A stretch of 64,000 nt of DNA from the human T2T-CHM13v2.0 reference genome, Homo sapiens. Where the stretch lies: assembly GCF_009914755.1 (NCBI RefSeq), contig NC_060927.1. One strand, given 5' to 3'. Positions 41,190-54,623 of this stretch are shown here, one piece after another. The notes beneath the pieces were generated by a model. That model worked only from the letters and a program-made list of their open reading frames with translations. It did not search any database and was not told the DNA's origin. The position numbers and the translations under genes are program-made. Each line of letters starts with the position of its first letter. The first letter of the stretch is position 1.

Positions 41190-41843
41190 AAACCTACATA
41201 TATATGCTAAAACCTGGGAGTGGTTTCATAATACTTTGAATACATTCCTTAAAATTATCACTTTCACTTGATCTGAGTTGGCTAATAGGTGGAACTTACC
41301 ATTCTATATCCATAGTACAACATACGTGTCATAGCTTATGATCTTGTCTGGCTAAGAATTATATCCTTTTTGTTGGAAAGATTTGAAAAGTGTATTGTAC
41401 AACTTTTTCTCTGGGATCGTCCAATGCACTGCTGCTAAGCACTTCAGCTTTCTCCTTAAACCGGCCCATGGCTCTTGAATAAATACAATAATACATCTTT
41501 CATATTTATAGGGAGTACATGGTATAACATACCTAACAACTTTCAGGAAACCTAATAAATTATCACCAATTATAAAATTCTGAGTATAGAAAGTAATTCG
41601 TTTAGAAAAGAACACCAAATAACATTATTTCAAAAAATTAAGGGGCTAAGGGCATATTTAGATATACCTTTGGTACCCAATATAGCAGCCTATGATAATA
41701 ATGACATATTTTTTCCTTATTATTACTGATGTAATATAAAAGTCTCCTGCAAAGATCAATATGACATTTGAAAAAAAGAATCCAAGAATAAAAGCATGCA
41801 TATATTTAGTGTAATATTCTTTGCTTTCCTTAACTTGGAGCAT
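41190..41843 (-). mobile_element. Putative fossil non-LTR retrotransposon RT fragment (non-L1; I/Nimb/RTE-X-like)
   Basis: ORFs 41658-41843 and 41352-41618 share one frame. Motifs LIFAGD, PLNFLK*CYLVF, IGDNLL..VRY and LKCLAAVHW..LFKSF fall at canonical RT spacing. Judged by eye only. Confidence 0.4.
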
Positions 41844-42257
41844 AAAAGCTTTTTAGTAACTGATGTAAAATTCTTAAAATAGACTGCATTATCTTCAACC
41901 ATATTATCTATTCCCATAGGTCATACAATGACAAAGTTTCCACCAGAATACCAGGAAATATACAAAAGGAGTCAGTACATGGTATTGTTTTCTTCATGTC
42001 TTTTGGGAGAGATGCTAAATTTGATTCTGATTTTTAATGTAACAATAAAAAAGATAAAGATATATTTCAGTTTTTAAAAGCATCATAAGTTAGGGTATAC
42101 TATATTAAGTTTTCTCTGATTTCTAATGCCATATAAAAATGTGAAAGCTCAGATGTTACATTGCTACTAATATTCATTCATTATTAAACCGTTATTTTCT
42201 AGATCCTAATTGTTCTAGATTACAGCAATGAAAACAAAAGCAAAACACATTTCTTTC

Positions 42258-42852
42258 TGTGGTAGGCAGCCTCTAAAATGGTCCCCAACGGTCTCTGCCT
42301 TTTGGTACTTACATCCTTGTATAATACCCTCCCCCGAGTGTTTGCTGAACCTAATGATTCACTTCTAATGACTATAATACAGGAAAAGAAATGCGATGCC
42401 ATTCCAAGATTAGGTTATGAAAAGACTGCCTTGCTCAAGCTTTCTCCTGCCCTCCTTCTCTCCAGGAGTCCTCACTCTGAAGAAAACAACTTATCTGGCA
42501 TATTGTGAGCTGCCTATGGAGAGGTCCATGTGTCAAGGAACTGATATCTCTAATCAACATCCAGTGAGAACCTGGTGCATGCCAATGGCCATCTGAGGGA
42601 ACATGGAAACGTATCTTCTGAGACTTCCCAACTAGATGTATGAATGAGTTTGGAAGTAGATTCTTCCCCAGTTGAGCCTTGGGTTGATTATTGTCTCTGC
42701 TAATACCTTGATTGCAAGATACCTTGAGTCAATGGCACCCGGCTAAGCTGAAACCAGACCTGACCCAGAGAAACTGAGATAATAAATGTTTATTGTTTTA
42801 AGCTGCCACATTTTGAGGGTAATTTGACACACAGCCATAAATAATGAATACA
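42258..42852 (+). mobile_element. MLT1F-like MaLR solo LTR
   Basis: Starts TGTGGTAGGCAGCCTCTAAAATGGTCCCC; ends GAAACTGAGATAATAAATGTTTATTGTTTTAAGC...AATACA. Confidence 0.8.
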
Positions 42853-43041
42853 GTTGCCCTCATTGTTTATATTAAAATGTTCACACCGACCTAAGGAGAC
42901 ATTTTGGAGTACAGGGGGATACAAGAAGAAATGTGAACAGCATGGCAGTTCCTCAAAAAATTAAACATAGAATTAAAATATGATACAAGAATTTCACTTT
43001 TGGGTATATATACCTAAAACAATAAAAAAAATCAGGGACTC

Positions 43042-45540
43042 AGAGGCCGAGCAGCGAGGCCCATCTCCCTGAAATAACAGTAACCTAACCCTGTGGGTCA
43101 TCATCATGCCCTCTGACCTGGCCAAGAAGAAGGCTGCCAAAAAGAAGGAGTCTGCCAAAGCTCTACAGCAGCCCAGAAAAGGACATGAAGAAAATGGAGA
43201 CGCTGTCACAGAACCACAGGTGGCAGAAATGAGGCCAATGGCAAAGACACCGCAGAAGTGGATTTGCTGACCAAGGAGCTAGAGGACTTTGAAATGAAGA
43301 AAGCTACTGCTCGAGCTGTCACTGGCATCCTGGCCTCCCATCCCTGCAGTACTGACGTTCACATTATCAACCTCTCACTCACCTTTCACGGTCAAGAGCT
43401 GCCCAGTGACACCAAACTGGAATTGAACTCAGTCCGTCATTATGGCCTCATTGGCTTAAATGGAACTGAAAATTCCATGCTGCTCTCTGCTGTTGGGAAA
43501 CATGGAGTGCCCATCCCTGAGCACATCGACATCTACCATCTGACTCGAGAGATGCCCCCTAGTGACAAGACACCCTTGCAGTGCGTGATGGAAGTCGACA
43601 GAGAGCCGGCCATGCTGGAGAGGGAGGCAGAGTGACTGGCTCATGAAGATGTGGAGTGTGAGAAGCTCGTGGAACTCTATGAGCACCTGGAGGAGCTGGA
43701 TGCCGATAAGGCAGAGATGAGGGCCTCACAGATCTTGCACAGACTGGGTTTCATACCTGCCATGCAGTGCAAGAAGCTAAAAGACTTCAGTGGGGGCTGT
43801 AGGATGAGGGTTCCCCTTGCCAGAGCCCTCTTTATTCGGCCCTTCATGCTCCTCCTGGATGAGCCCACCAACCACCCAGACCTAGATGCTTGCATGTGGT
43901 TGGAAGAAGAACTAAAAACTTTTCAGCATATCTTAGTCCTTGCCTCGCATTCCCAGGGTTTTCTGAATGGTGTCTGTACCAACATCATTCACATGCACAA
44001 CAAGAAACTGAAGTATTTTATGGGTAATTATGATCAGTATGTGAAGATGTGGCTAGAGCTGGAGGAGAGAACCAGATGAAGAGGTTTCACTGGGAGCAAG
44101 ATCAGATTGCACACATGAAGAACTACATTGCGAGGTTTGGTCATGGCAGTGCCAAGCTGGCCTGGCAGGCCCAGAGCAAGGAGAAGATGCTACAGAAAAT
44201 GATGTCATCAGGACTGACAGAGAGGGTCGTGAGTGACAAGACACTGTCATTTTATTTCCCACCATGTGGCAAGAACCCTCCACCTGTCATTATGGTGCAA
44301 AATGTGAGCTTCAAGTATACAAAAGATGGGCTTTGCATCTGCAATGATCTAGAATTTGGAATTGACCTTGACACACGAGTGGCTCTGGTAGGGCCCCATG
44401 GAGCAAGAAAGTCAACTCTTCTGAAGCTGTTAACTAGAGAGCTACTACCCCCAGATGGCATGATCTGAAAACACTCTCATGTCAAGATAGGGCATTACCA
44501 TCAGCATTTACAAGAGCAGCTGGACTTAGATCTCTTGACTTTGGAGTACATGAAGTGCTACCCAGAGATCAAGGAAAAGGAATAAATGAGGAAGATCATT
44601 GGGCCATATGGTCTCACTGGGAAACAACAGGTGAGCCCAATCCAGAACTTGTCAGATGGGCAGAAGTGCCAAGTGTGTCTGGCCTGGCTGGCCTGGCAGA
44701 ACCCCCACATGCTCTTCCTGGATGAGCCCACCAATCACCTGGATATTGAGACCATCAACGCCCTGGCAGATGCCATCAATGGGTTTCAGGGTAGTATGAT
44801 GCTGGTCAGCCATGACTTCAGACTCATTCAGCAGGTTGCACAGGAAATTTGGGTGTGTGAGAAGCAGACAATCACCAAGTGGCCTGGAGACATCCTGGCT
44901 TACAAGTTGCACCTCAAGTCCAAGCTGGTGGATGAGGAGCCCCAACTCACCAAGAGGACCCACAGCGTGTGAGACCTCTACCCGGGCTCGCATCAGGATC
45001 TCCATCTGGGAACTAACAGCTGCTACCCTGACCAGCTGCTCAGGACTGGACCCTAGGGCTATGCATCCTGCATTGCTGCAATATCGCCCCTCCAGCCTCT
45101 CCCCTGCCCCTCAACCTGCCTTAGTTGCACTTTCTTACCTACAGCTGGACAGTACTTGTCCATTTCCTGTCCTCCTTCCAGTTACGTCTGTCCATGTCTG
45201 GACTCGGCTGGCCGTTCCCTCCAGCCCCTTGCTGGTTACCTTACTCTGAATGTGATGCAGTCAGAGGCACCTGCGGGTTAGCCCAAGGCCCCAAGCCCTA
45301 GATTTGGCCCGGGGAGGAGCTTAGGATCCTCGTTTTCTGGGTTTTGGTGATGTGGGAGGAATACCCCCCAGTCCACTGCCCCATTCCTTTTTGCTTCTGG
45401 TTTGGAGCTCTGGACAAGGACTTTCGTACTGGTCAGTTTTTAAATAATTATTTAACAGTGTAACTTTTATACCTGCATGACAGCTACAAAGTGCCCAATA
45501 AAGAAAGAGGAAGCCATGGTCCCTAAAAAAGAAAAAAAAA
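43042..45540 (+). pseudogene. ABCF2: Processed pseudogene of ABCF2 (ABC transporter family F member 2): 5'UTR part, full CDS 43106-44972, 3'UTR, polyA
   Basis: Intronless. Starts [15 protein letters not shown] at ATG 43106; two NBDs with LLLDEPTNH and [11 protein letters not shown]; ends [12 protein letters not shown]. Disabled by frameshifts near 43228 and 44068 and stops at 43633, 44466 and 44583; Walker A is mutated in both NBDs. AATAAA at 45497-45502, polyA, and TSD AAAAAAAATCAGGGACTC at 43024-43041 and 45533-45550. Confidence 0.97.
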
Positions 45541-46020
45541 TCAGGGACTCCAACAGATATAGGTATAGTTATAATTTATAGCAGCATTATTCATAATAGC
45601 TAAAACCTGGAAACAACCCAAGTGCCCATAGATGGATAAATGGATAAACAAAATGTGGGTTGTGCATACAATAAAATATTATTCAACCTTAAGGAGAAAG
45701 AAAATTCTGGTATATATTACAACACGGATGAGACTTGATGACATTCTGCTAAGTGAATTAATCATATAAATGCTGTATGATTTCACTTATATGAGGTACC
45801 TAGAGTTGTGAACTTCAGAGAAACAGAAAGTCAGATGGTATTTGCCATGGGTTTGGAAAAGAGGGTAATGGGGAATTATTGTTTCACAGGTATGGAGTTT
45901 CAGTTGGGAAGATAAAAAGAATCCTGCAGGTAGCAGTGGTGGTTGCACAATGTGAATGTACTTAATGTCACTGAACTGTACACTTACAAATGGTTAAAAT
46001 GGTCAATTTTATGTTATTAA

Positions 46021-46354
<334 letters not shown>

Positions 46355-49300
46355 ACATGTATTTTATCACAGTAAAAAAGAAAGTATGTATATACAGGAA
46401 AAGAAAGAACTGATGTAAAGGAGCATATTTACCATACTCCCACACTTTCCCTAAGCTCAGACAATTGAGGGTTAACTGAGTAAATGTCAAAGTTTGGTGA
46501 ATCACAATCACAAGAGTAGTCAAGGTGCGAGGTCTATGCTCTTGGTAGTGAAGGGAGGCATTGGTGGTGCTTCTGCACCCCACAGAGAATCAAGAAGGGT
46601 CAGAGTTGCTTAAATGCACAAAATAATAAAATCACATTCAGCAGAAAGAGACATAGAAAGCAAAGGGAACAGAGCTTCCAAGCCAATGTGGATGTTACAG
46701 ATAATCAGGCAAGACAAGGTAATAGAGAACTACAGAATGTGTTGTCTGGGAAATGTGGCATAGCCTTGATTGGTCACTGATGTGGTGGTGATGTGTAAGC
46801 CCAGAGATTATTTAGAAATTGCCCTGGTCCACATAATTGGAGGAGCTTATGTGAGCGGGGTGTTTAGGGTTAGGCTGTTCATGGCGCTTCACACAAAGCT
46901 GAATCTATTCTACCATCCAGCTAGTCAAGAGACAGAATGAGAGGTGAGGATCTAGGGCCAGACTGAGAAAATACATTCAGGCAGAGAACACGTGGATACA
47001 GACTTCTGAGAAAATGTATAAGACCTTTGTTTTTACACCTACAGGTAAGATTTAGAGGACAAAGGTAACCAAAAGTGTACCAGGCTGTCAGATGAAGCCT
47101 CCCTGCTGAGTCCTCCTGCATGGAGAACTAGAATATGAATCTGCCTTGTTGGATCACACAGGAGGCTTGGGGATACCATATCACTCTCTAAGTCTAGGGA
47201 TGAAAGTCTCTAAGTCCTAGTGTCACTTTTTCAGACTCTAGGTTTTTTGATTTCTTCAACATCTGAATAAAGTGTGAAGAGGACTTAATACAATTGAAAG
47301 GTTATATTATGACTTATTTCTCAGGGTTTTTGGTTCCAAGAGTTGCCTTACTCAGTGGTGGTGAATGCATAGCCAGGTGATGATAGAGTCTAGGAAGAGG
47401 CTTCTAACACAGTGCTCACCAGTGGCTCAGTGAAGGCTCAGGGTCACATGAAAACACAGTATTACACTGTTCTGAGGGGTAACAAAGAAGAAAAAAAGCT
47501 AAGGGGGAGATCACAGTGGATATGGGACCAAAGGCAGGAGAAGCGTTGTGCCCTCTCTATCAATGACCTGCTTCCTTTTATCATTTACCCTTCACATTTG
47601 AGTGTTATTTATATCTTTGACTACTGACATTTCAATTATTAATAAATGTTTGGTTTAGATCATATCAGCTTAATTGTGAAGTGAGGTAGATCATAAACTT
47701 GCTATCTTCATTCTTTTAGTATTATTGGGTTATACAGGACACTGCAGTTGATCACAAGGATACACAGATGATTCATTTTCCACTCTTTTTTTTCCCTTCA
47801 GCGGTCTGAAATTAAGTGACAGGAAATAAACATTTGTCTTGCAACATGATCTGTGGAATAACAGAGGTCTGGCAAGGATGCAGAGAAGAGGGAGTGCTTG
47901 TGAGGGCTAGAAGCCTTCCTAGGAAAGGTAGATGTCTTGAATAGTTCTACTCTGTGGAGACGCAGGAAAATGTGAGAGGGCCTGAAGCAGCCAGGCAGAT
48001 GTTTTAAAACTGCTGCAGCCCTGGCTATGGATAGGAGAGGGAGGTACAGCCTAACCCTCCTGGGGTCTGTAATTCGGGCTGTGATTCCCTATAGACAGTG
48101 GGGCACTAGCGATAGAAATGAGATGATCAAATTTATGTATTTTTTGGAGTTGAAAATCATAAAAAGGAATTGTTTAAGGAAAGTTATGAATGATATTAAT
48201 TTCATGAATTACATGAACCTGCTTCCTCCACTTTCTCTCTCTCCCTCCACATTTTGTGAGGTCAACAGTGATTACACAGATGGAGACAATTCTCTCCCAC
48301 CTCACTCCCTATCCACCCCAACACTAACTTGGGGAGATAATAGAAGATCATGGTGGAATTAGAATTAAAGAGTTTAACTGAAACAATGAATTTATTTGTA
48401 AACATTTATTTATTTACTGTCAATATAATATTATTTTAAAATTATTTTGGTGATCTTTTTATCTGAGAGACAAAATTGATCATTGTGGTTCTTATATTTC
48501 CAAATCAGAAGAAAGTTAAAAAAATGCATCTTTCCTTCTTTAGAATTTGAAATTCCCTCTCTTTTGTTGTAGTATCTTCTTCCTTCCTCCTAAATATTAT
48601 ACATGTTATTACATTTATTTTTAATTACTTTTGAAATGTTATCAAATTAATGGTGACATGGTGAAAGTTTTATTTATGAAAAGGGTAACCAGAAAACAAA
48701 TATAAAAATAATATTCATAGATAATGAAAAACAAAGTTTTGCCAGCTTGGATTCCTTTCTTGAGTATACGTATATATATGTATCTATGTCTATGCACCAG
48801 TTTGGTTCCATTAAATGTGTACTATCCATTGAATTATTATAAAAATAAATACTTGTATTATGAAATGGAACATGAGACATTACCATGCCATGAGAATTCT
48901 GTACTGTAAAAGCAAAAGTAATATAATCACCAAGGTAAAATAGCTTGAAATTTTATAATATCAGGATTGTTTCGTGATGAGCCTGACAAACAGTAGTTAC
49001 AGCTAAATATTTTGAATGATTTGATAGGGTGTTCTGTTCTTCTTACAGGGGAATTAGTTCCCGAGAATATTGGGTATGGAAGTTTGATGAGAATATTTGA
49101 AAAGTCCTCCCTAAGGTCCAGAAAGAAATATTTTGCAATATCAACAAGGAGCAGTAGCAATAGCAAAACAGCAAAAGAAAACAAAACCAAAAATAAGACA
49201 AACTAAAATACTAGTCATATGTAAATTACTTTAAGGCTGAGGTCAAAATTATTATTTTTTTCTACAAGATAATGTATTTTTCTTCCTGGAAATTATGAGT

Positions 49301-49631
49301 TATATAGGAATACTGCTTTCTGTTCCTTTCTATTGTGCACTCATTAGACAACGGGTTTTGGAGTACCATTACATGTCACTATACATAGGTGCCCTTGTAG
49401 AGCCAATAGTTGAATAGAGGACACAGACCAGAAAACAGTAAGTTAGAAATGAAATAAGAATGGAAGAGCTTACACTGGATATAGCAATGAGGAAGTTGCC
49501 GTGGTAGGAGCTGCTTCTTTAAAGTATTAGTTATTGTGATGGCTTGAAGAAAGAGGGGTGGAGAGATTTTGGAGACAGACTATAGACATTTTCATTAAGT
49601 TTTGCTGTGAAGGTTGAAGGTGAATGGGGTG

Positions 49632-50000
49632 TGATATGGTTTGGTTCTGTATCTACGCCCAGATCTCATCTTGAATTGTAATCCCCACGTGTCGAAGGGG
49701 AACCTGGTGGGAGGTGATTGGAACATGGGGATGGTTTCACCCATGCTGTTCTCATGATAGCAAGTGAGTTCTCATGAGAGCTGATGGCTTTCAAAGTGTT
49801 TGGCAGTTCTGCCTTCACTCTCTCTCTCTCCTGCCACCTTGTGAAGAAGGTGCCTGCTTCTGCTTCACCTCTACCATGATTGTAAGTTTTTTGAGGTCTC
49901 TCCAGTCATGTGGAACTGTGAGTCAAATAAACCTCTTTTGTTTATAAATTTCACAGTATCAGATAGTATCATTATAGCAGTGTCAAAATGGACTAATACA
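49632..50000 (+). mobile_element. MSTA/THE1D-like MaLR solo LTR
   Basis: TGATATGGTTTGG...GGACTAATACA termini and internal CTCCTGCCACCTTGTGAAGAAGGTGCCTGCTTC. Confidence 0.88.
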
Positions 50001-53000
50001 GGGCTTAAGGGTGAAGGGAAGACTTGTACTTCAAGTTCACATACTAAACAGAGGGAATCAGGGGAAAAAGAGGGGTTGAAGATACAGAAGGAACATTCAC
50101 AATGTACAGTAATATACTTAGGTGTGGAAATAGGTGAAACCCATGGGCTTGTAAGTATAGGAATTATATACAATTTGAACTTCAAGTAAAGAATGGATTG
50201 AGCATCCTTTGCAGTTCTATTTGAGGTAAGACTAGTTGAGGCAGAAGGCAGGCTTTTCTCACCATGTTATTTGCTTCTCTACCCAGTTTTCTGTAATGTG
50301 GAATTTGGTAAAGCAAAAACAGCTAAGCCAGGGGCCATTTTTATCACAGACTTTAATAAAGGGTATCACAGCTGGTTCTAAAATAATTACTTACAAAAGC
50401 AAAAACAATACATTGGGATAAGAACAGTAAGGAGTTCTTAAGAGGCTTCATATACTTCCAATGATTTCAGTGAAATTTTAAAAAGGTGCAATGATACCTT
50501 TGTGGATTAATACAATTTTACAATGTTAATCTGTGTATGTTTTTCTATGTTCTATTTTCCTTTTACTTTGGTCTGTTTAGGAGGCATTTTTCCACTGTGG
50601 ACACCAGACCAGGTATGGACAGAATGCAAAGGAGACTCCAAGTCTGTCTGGATTTTGTTTTCTGAAAGCTGAAGTCTAGAAGAATTTGAAGAAATGATGG
50701 AAGAGTTTAAAAAAAAAAGGTGATTCAAGGGTATAGACAAAATATGTTGAACACATTGTACTGTAGAGTGGTGTTTCCCTTCCACACTGGAAAAATTTCC
50801 CCATTATTTAGAAGTTTGGGGAAGGAGCTGAGGAAGAAATTTCAAGGTAGTGAGATTTGCAACAATCTGCTCTTTGTATCAATTAGCATTGCTGGAGAGT
50901 TTGCAAGATCAAAGGGTAGAATGGCTTGGCAGGAGGGACCAAGAGCAGTGTCAACAAAGATTCCTATGGCCCCTAAGCATGGCTTAGAAGCAGCAGAACT
51001 ATTAGATCCGGCTGGGTCATGCAGCAGAAACAAGAGATAGCTCAACACAAATCTGTGACCTACCTCCTTAAATGACTTGGTACCAGTTTGTTTCAAAGTC
51101 ACTAGCTGAGTTTTGCTCAATGCGATCTTACAGTTTCAGAAGGGAGATTTATTTTCACTTTGGTGAGTTTTGAAGGAAGATGAGGGCAAGCTCCACGGAG
51201 AGGCATAGACATAAAGAAGTGGAGAATCAAAACCGTATGGAGGCGGCTCTCCCCAAAACTTTGTAAATCTTTAACCAGTACATTTATACTGACAGTTTTT
51301 ACTTTGGACTCACTTTAATATAGATTTATGATTCACTAGCACAGAAAGTAACCCATACTCAAGATACATGACCAACTTTCTAGGTACTGGCTGCTAAACA
51401 GATGAGTCCATGCAGCTTCTTTATAAAGAATTTAAAAACTGAAAAAAAAAAAAACACACAAACAACCCTGAAAATGTGTGTATGTAGTAAGCTTCAATAA
51501 AAATGGGATCAGTATTATTGTTTATTTCAGTGTTAAGGTAAAAGAACCCAGTAATAATAAGTGTTTTTCATATGTTTCTTTGTCATTCTCACAACAAATA
51601 TATGAGAGAAGAATGATGCTTGAAAGGTATGGAACTTTCTGAGGTAAGGCAACTATTAGGTTGTAGAATTGGGTTTTGAATGCAGTGCAGATTTCTCTCT
51701 TTCTTTCTCCTGTGTTCTTTCTCACCCTTGTTTCCACTAGTGATTCTACCTTCTTTCTACAGCGGCAATATTTATTTTAACAAATGTACATAATTTATAG
51801 ACCATGCTAATTTTTTTTGTCTTTAAAGTAGTAACTTTGTGTGAATATTCCAATAATATTACTTTTTACAAAACAAATTTAGAGCACCCTCAGGATTTGC
51901 CTTTAAAGGCAGATTATGAGGCCTGGAAGAAGAGTTTTATTTCATGTTTTCTCACATCATACGTGTCTAAAATTGACAATGAATTGGTTACTGACAATTA
52001 GCATAAAGTTTGGTATTGGATAACTAGTGGGTAATTTAAAAACATTCTCAATGGATAAAAGATATCACATCTCCATTGACTTTAGGGAAAAAAGTATGTT
52101 AAGAGCTCTTAAGGCTATTTAAGAAAAAGACTTGAAGTGTGATATCATAGCATTTCAGAACTGAAACAGATCTTTGTCCATCTTCCTTTTTCAGCCCAAA
52201 GATACTTTCAAGTGGTTTAAAGATAACATACAGATTATTACATTAGAAACACAAAGTTATTCAAGAAAATGTTCACCAAAAATATTTTTTTCTGTTTTTA
52301 CATATTCGTAAGACATTTAATTTCAAGAAGGAGATTTAATGTCTACCACTAGAGCGAATGAAACAGTGAAGACAGATTTCTACTTAATCCCCCTGAAATA
52401 AAGAAAGCTAATTTTTAAGGCTTAATATGACAATGAAGAGTAAGAATTTCACAAAATCCAGGTGGATAAATGATATCGATATTATATCCTTAAAAGTATG
52501 TATGTACTTTCCCTAAATGTGTTTTAATTTTATTTAAAAATATAAATAAGGATTTAAATATTCTGGATTTTAATCATTGTTCTTTACTATTATTTTTATG
52601 ATGTAGAAATATTGCCTGTGTTATAATGTCCTATAACTGAGTTAAAAGCCTGTTTGTATTATCTGTCCAACAGCTTTATAATAAATAGTTCTAAAATTTT
52701 GACAGTTGTTCATGGTAAAACTTCAATTTTCTTTTAACTAAAGACTTTTTACTGGATCAGTAAAACTAAAGATTCTTTTATGCCACGTGTAAAAATCTAT
52801 GTTGTGGGAATAGTATTATTGATTTGCTGTGTAAAATATATTATAACCAAAAATTGCTTTGAACAATAAATGTAAATCTTTTTATTTTCTAAAAATGTAT
52901 ATTAAATCAAATGTTTGAGGCATGAAAATCTAAATTATTATTTTATCCCATGAGATAAATTGTTTTCAAATATCTTCACAACATTTATTATTGCCTAGAA

Positions 53001-53675
53001 TTAAATATATATTTAAAAAGTTAGTTATAAAAATATATTGCTAAATGGTTTATTTAATTAGCCTAACGAAGAAAATATTCTCCAACAAAGGATTCTTTCT
53101 TTAAATAGCCCTTTAAATGACACATGGGTTTTTAGTTTTTAATAATACCCTTTTCCCCAAATGTGCAAACTTTCTGAAACAACACTATTTTAAAAGTACA
53201 TTGATTATAATATTATTTGAGTAGATTGCAGCTTTCTGGGGCCAGAAAATACATCTTATTCATCCTAGTATTTTTAGCTCTTAGTACAATTCCTAGGACT
53301 TGGCTTATTTAACCAATCTGTTGAATAAATCAATGAATGATATGTTTTTCCATGTAAAGCATTTTTAGAATATCTGCAGCTTTTAAAATTATTGTATTTT
53401 TATTGCTTAAATAGAAACACAGCTTTTGAGTTTCCTAATGCAAGTCCAATTGTTTAAAAATACATCAGCAGTTAAAAAATTAATCAAGAAGTTATTTATT
53501 GGCTACTCATATAAAAATGAAATACAAGTTACAATACCTAAAAAATTTATCTACTTGAGGAGATATTGAATAATGACAATGATTAGTAAAGACATACTCA
53601 TTTAAATTTCTTAAACCCTTGAAACGAGGCATGAAATTTAGGTTTCATGAGGTAAGCAATAAAATCAATTTTAAG

Positions 53676-53949
53676 TTTTTTTTTTTTTTTTTTTTTTGCT
53701 ACAGGGTCTTGCTCTATCACCCAGGCTGGAGGGCAGTGCCATGATCATAGCTCACAGCAATCTCCAACTCCCGTGCTCAGGTGATCATCCATTCACCCTC
53801 CTGAGTAGCTGGGACTAACTGTTTTCTTGTTTTTGTTTTGTAGGGTCTCACTATGTTGCCCAGGATGTTCACAAACTCTTGGCCTCAAGTGAACCTCTGC
53901 CTCGGTCTCCCAAAGTGTTGAGATTGCAGGCATGAGCCATCATGCTGGG
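53676..53949 (-). mobile_element. AluJ with internal deletion
   Basis: T22 run followed by an antisense AluJ; flanks AATTTTAAGT and AATTTTAGGT. Confidence 0.85.
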
Positions 53950-54623
53950 AAATTTTAGGTCTTAATCAAGCGTTTAAGTATGATAAACTCAGGATTTAGA
54001 ATAAATGAATCTCACTCCATTATAAGAAACCACTGAATGATAAGGCTGAAGACAGGGGGATCAACTGGAGGCTGTTGCTATAATTCAGTGTGAGCTCTAT
54101 GGTAGAAATGTGAATGTAGAGAGATGTAAATAGAAGATATTTAGCAGAAAGTATTGATGAGACTAAGCATAGCCAAAGAGGATGTTGAAATCAAAATTTC
54201 AAGCTGATCTGGTGGCATAACCTTGAACAATTAAGGCATGAAGGAGAAGAGCTTGGAAAATTTGATGTCTTGTTTTAATCTCATTAAATTTGAAATGACA
54301 GTAAAGAATCAAAACATGCAATGAAAATATTTTTAAAAAATCAGCAGGCCATTTAGAAGTGTGAATGATAATGCAGAGCTAAATATATATTTTTGAACAT
54401 AACCAGCAATGTAGCAGTAATTGAATTTATGCCAGGGTAGCTTGCTGGCAGATTATGTTAAGGTGGAAGAAGAGAGTCACACTGAACTCTTCAAACTGAA
54501 AATGAGAATAGGAAAATAAGCTGCCTGAGAATAAATAAAGGAAATCCAAAGAAGGAAGAAGAAACCAGATTAAAGTAGGAGATGCAGAGAGTAGAGAGGG
54601 TTTCAAGAAAGAGATACAGCTAT

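Noticed and set aside
43258-44972. Four consecutive ABC-F ORFs as a functional multi-gene or split-gene system
   Set aside because: They are fragments of one ABCF2 CDS broken by stops and frameshifts, with polyA, TSD and dead Walker A motifs.
47780-47935. Strong splice acceptor (AG at 47800-47801) with a possible donor at 47928; isolated donors near 9418, 12647 and 12913
   Set aside because: The candidate exon has stops in all three frames, and isolated splice words are expected by chance. A lncRNA cannot be supported without RNA data.
52464-52489. Imperfect palindrome around ATATCGATAT; small hairpins near 38985 and 53630
   Set aside because: Short and AT-rich; expected by chance in 64 kb.
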